Virus record (IMG/VR): IMGVR_UViG_3300047159_000046
Source of the DNA: a virus
Lineage: Duplodnaviria; Caudoviricetes
Reading direction: 5' to 3' (one strand)
DNA: 64,000 nt
Part shown: positions 60,749 to 64,000 of the stretch, piece by piece
Numbering within the stretch: the first letter of the stretch is position 1
Layout of the letters: each line of letters opens with the position of its first letter
Program-made: the position numbers and the translations under genes
Notes under the pieces: model-generated
Told to the model about the DNA's origin: nothing
The model's input: only the letters and a program-made list of their open reading frames with translations
Database searches by the model: none

Positions 60749-62200
60749 ATGAATATCATTACCCGTTTAAGCAAAGTAAACGTATTGGTTCAGAATAGCG
60801 ATTACAATATAGGAATAAATCCAGTTGCAGAACTTATATATGGAAACGGAATCAGCAGAATAATAGCCTATTTCGATATGGAAAAACTTATAAATCAATA
60901 TAAAGACAAAACCATTATTGATTTGAAAAAGTTGACGCATCGTCTGTTTATGAAAAATTGCGGAAGTATAGACTATACGCAGCTTCATCAGGTTTATTCA
61001 TCATCGACCAACAGTTCTGATAAACTAAGAGCATCCTCTTTTGATTTGATATTCTTTCTTGTTCCTATGGAATGGGATGGTGGAAAAGGATTCGATTATC
61101 AATCATCCTATTTCAACAAGTCTTATATAAAACAGAATGATATGGAAATGGATGGTAGAAAATTGCTTTCCAAAGACGGAGCAACATGGTTTAAAGCCAG
61201 AAACGGATATCAATGGGATAATGACGGAATATATACAAATGATTATTTATCAGAACAATACGACAAATTTGCTCAAGGACAGGATAGTATAGTAATAGCA
61301 AGACAACATTTTGATATAGGAAATGAAGATATAAATGTTGATATTACAGATACCGTTAATAAATTCATAGAGGGGAAATTATGCAATTATGGAATAGGAA
61401 TAGCATATTCCCCAATGCTGGAAATACAGGAAACGAAAATGCAAAATTATGTCGGATTCTTTACCAACAAAACCAATACATTTTTTGAGCCTGCTTTAAT
61501 TTCCAACTATAATGATATTGTCGATGATTCACGTTCCAATTTTTGTCTAAATAAGACAAACAGGTTATATCTATATTCAAATATCAATGGAATGCTTGAA
61601 AATCTTGATGAAATGCCCAAATGCTCAATAAGCGGGAAAGATTATGATGTCAAACAATCATCCAAAGGAATATATTATATTGAGGTTAAATTGTCATCAT
61701 CTGATGGATACGAGGGAGGAACCATGTATCGTGATATATGGACCAATCTTAAATACAACGGAGACGAAATAGAAGATGCTGAATTGTATTTTACCACCAA
61801 GCCAGCAAAGATCGCATTCAATGTGGGTTCATCAATAGAAACCAAACCTGCTTTTGTCCTGAATGCTTACGGAATAACAAACGATGAAAAGATTCACAGG
61901 GGGGATATTAGAAAAATTGGAATATCAGCACGAGTTCCATATACCAATGAGGAATGTCAGCTGGTGGATAAAATGGAATTGCGATTATATGTAAAAGACG
62001 GTGAATCCGAAATAGATGTTTTCCCATTTGACAGCGTGAACAAATCATATCTCGAAAATTATTATATGATAGATACATCTTCTTTAATTCCTTCTACTTA
62101 TTATATTGATATTCGATTGAATTATAATATGGAGAAAAGAGTTCATAAGGATGTATTGCATTTTGAGGTGATAAATGATGAGACTCATAAGTATTTTTAA
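60749..62200 (+). CDS. Probable virion structural protein
   Basis: CTATTTAT at 60723-60730; beta-rich sequence with WDGGKG and FFT..TNTFFEP.L. Confidence 0.65.
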   Translation: MNIITRLSKVNVLVQNSDYNIGINPVAELIYGNGISRIIAYFDMEKLINQYKDKTIIDLKKLTHRLFMKNCGSIDYTQLHQVYSSSTNSSDKLRASSFDLIFFLVPMEWDGGKGFDYQSSYFNKSYIKQNDMEMDGRKLLSKDGATWFKARNGYQWDNDGIYTNDYLSEQYDKFAQGQDSIVIARQHFDIGNEDINVDITDTVNKFIEGKLCNYGIGIAYSPMLEIQETKMQNYVGFFTNKTNTFFEPALISNYNDIVDDSRSNFCLNKTNRLYLYSNINGMLENLDEMPKCSISGKDYDVKQSSKGIYYIEVKLSSSDGYEGGTMYRDIWTNLKYNGDEIEDAELYFTTKPAKIAFNVGSSIETKPAFVLNAYGITNDEKIHRGDIRKIGISARVPYTNEECQLVDKMELRLYVKDGESEIDVFPFDSVNKSYLENYYMIDTSSLIPSTYYIDIRLNYNMEKRVHKDVLHFEVINDETHKYF

Positions 62201-62203
62201 TTT

Positions 62204-63172
62204 ATGCTTCATAACAAGTTTTTCATAATATCAATGACATCATGGAGGAAAAGAATAGGAATTGTTTGTAATACCATCAACAGTCTTTTTAACCAATCTT
62301 TTCCTCCAGACCGAATTGTGTTCAATTTATCTAAAGATGAATTTCCGAGTGGTTATGCAGAACTTCCTGAAAATCTAATATCATTGATTAACAGGGGACT
62401 TGAAATAGAATGGGTGCAAGCGAATTCAAAATCATTCAAGAAATTAATTCCGACACTGGACAAATACAGGGATGCAATAGTAATGACAGCTGATGATGAT
62501 TTGATATATCCTTATAATTTTGTTCAGAACATAGCTAATAATTATAATGACAGACCTTTGTCGTTGAACTTAGGAAGAACATGGATGAGCGGATATGCTT
62601 CTGTCTATGAATACAGATTCTTCGGAAAATACCTACATGCTTTCGATAGGTGGGAGGTTTGGAGGACAAATGAAGATGATATAGCTTATGGAGTTTTAAT
62701 GATGTTAAACGGCTTTTCTTGCGATTTTTGTCATGATCCTTATTGGCAATATATGCACCAAGTGGATGAGGGCAATGGATTGGGAAGGACAGGAGCCTAT
62801 AATTCAAAAAGAAATGATATATGGTTTAACGGATATATATCAAGGAGATATGGTGTCGATTATAATTGGCTTAGAAACAATATATCACAACATAACAGTT
62901 TTGAATTAAATGATAAGGAACCATATTCTGATGATACGGCAATACAAACATATATAGACATACAGTTTAATCCCGTAGAAGAACAACCAATCACTGTGCC
63001 TATGGAGGTGCCAGTAATAATAGTGGAACCTCCTAAACCTCAACCTGAACCTAAACCGAAACCGAAACCACAGGAATTCAAGGACGGGAAAAAGGTTATC
63101 AGCAAGAATACAACCATAGTGATTAACAACAGTAGTAAAAAATTGAGAAAAATCATAACAAAAGGAGCTTAA
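62204..63172 (+). CDS. GT2-like glycosyltransferase with a Pro-rich tail
   Basis: ISMTSW..RI, SLFNQS..PD, KKLIP, TADDDLIYP, NEDD. Confidence 0.8.
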   Translation: MLHNKFFIISMTSWRKRIGIVCNTINSLFNQSFPPDRIVFNLSKDEFPSGYAELPENLISLINRGLEIEWVQANSKSFKKLIPTLDKYRDAIVMTADDDLIYPYNFVQNIANNYNDRPLSLNLGRTWMSGYASVYEYRFFGKYLHAFDRWEVWRTNEDDIAYGVLMMLNGFSCDFCHDPYWQYMHQVDEGNGLGRTGAYNSKRNDIWFNGYISRRYGVDYNWLRNNISQHNSFELNDKEPYSDDTAIQTYIDIQFNPVEEQPITVPMEVPVIIVEPPKPQPEPKPKPKPQEFKDGKKVISKNTTIVINNSSKKLRKIITKGA

Positions 63173-63221
63173 TGTTAAATAATATTCATTATATTTGCCA
63201 TGTTAATAAATATGTATGATA

Positions 63222-64000
63222 ATGCTGCACGATAAGGAATTTATTGTTTCATTGACTTCTTGGAAAAAACGTATTGATATAGTTCATAATGCTATTGAAA
63301 GTATTATGAACCAAACAGTTAAACCAGATAAAATAGTTCTTAATCTTTCTTTGGATGAATTTCCATCTGGAAATGATGAACTTCCAGAAAATCTAACATC
63401 ACTGATTGAAAATGGTTTGGAAATAGGATGGGTGAAAAAAAACTCCCGTTCATTTAAAAAATTGATTCCTACTCTTGACAAGTATAGAGATGCGATTGTT
63501 ATGACTATAGATGATGATATCGTTTATCCTAACGATTTTATTGAGAAAAAAATTCCATTATATCATGACAAGCCTCTATCTTTTGATAACGGACATTTGT
63601 TTATGACTGGTTATTGCTCTTTTTATGAATATCGTTTCTTCGGTGATTATCTCCATAAATTTGACAATGAACTTGTTTGGTATTCAAATGAGGATGATAT
63701 GGCATACGGTATATTAATGATGCTGAATTCAACAGAAATTGATTATCAGATAGATAAATATCATGATACAATAATCGAGGTGGATGACGAAAATAGTATG
63801 TCCCGCAATAATAAATATAACACGTTTGAAAATTACAGATGGTTTTATGCTTATTTGAAAAAACGTTTTGGATTGACTCTTGCCGAACTTATAGCAAACA
63901 ATACCAAACATATAGTCAAGACGTACAAAGATAATACACCAATGATTAATTTGGATACATTGATGATTTATGAATATATGAAAGAAAGATATCCTCTTGT
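63222..64000 (+). CDS. GT2-like glycosyltransferase, tandem paralogue (partial)
   Basis: Manual translation MLHDKEFIVSLTSWKKRI...FKKLIPTLDKYRDAIVMTIDDDIVYP...NEDD stays open to the window end. Not in the ORF track. Confidence 0.85.
   Translation, partial: MLHDKEFIVSLTSWKKRIDIVHNAIESIMNQTVKPDKIVLNLSLDEFPSGNDELPENLTSLIENGLEIGWVKKNSRSFKKLIPTLDKYRDAIVMTIDDDIVYPNDFIEKKIPLYHDKPLSFDNGHLFMTGYCSFYEYRFFGDYLHKFDNELVWYSNEDDMAYGILMMLNSTEIDYQIDKYHDTIIEVDDENSMSRNNKYNTFENYRWFYAYLKKRFGLTLAELIANNTKHIVKTYKDNTPMINLDTLMIYEYMKERYPL

Noticed and set aside
1-64000. Stop-codon recoding (TAG read as Gln, as in Lak phages)
   Set aside because: Long genes are intact under the standard code, TAG ends genes at 29805, 36077 and 47530, and the gene breaks seen are frame changes rather than in-frame stops.

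Overview
This window is part of an AT-rich, T4-like (contractile-tailed) jumbo phage genome using the standard genetic code. The host is very probably Bacteroidota, because replication and accessory genes carry TTTG-N19/20-TAnnTTTG promoters. From 1 to 39.3 kb genes run mostly on the minus strand: 5'-3' exonuclease, gp32-like SSB, a 2218-aa baseplate protein with an M23 peptidase, a split tape measure gene, tail tube, sheath and terminator, RecA, a PriCT-2/TOPRIM-like protein and a neck protein. From 40.1 kb genes run mostly on the plus strand: SNF2 helicase, glycosyltransferases, a gp55-like sigma factor and a gp5-like spike. The strand switch holds an origin-like region with 108-bp tandem repeats and convergent iterons. 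Accessory elements are an HTH plus N6-adenine methyltransferase pair, a solo TnpB and HU. The best leads are: (1) dispersed cassettes with a conserved ~110-bp upstream element, a conserved MRRVRLTE leader ending in an I/L-x-E motif, and unrelated cargo domains, suggesting capsid-packaged effectors; (2) a ~245-nt structured non-coding RNA with its own host-type promoter and terminator; (3) a candidate late promoter (C/A)TATTTAT that matches the reverse complement of the T4 late promoter. All product calls come from motif recognition by eye; no database search was run.
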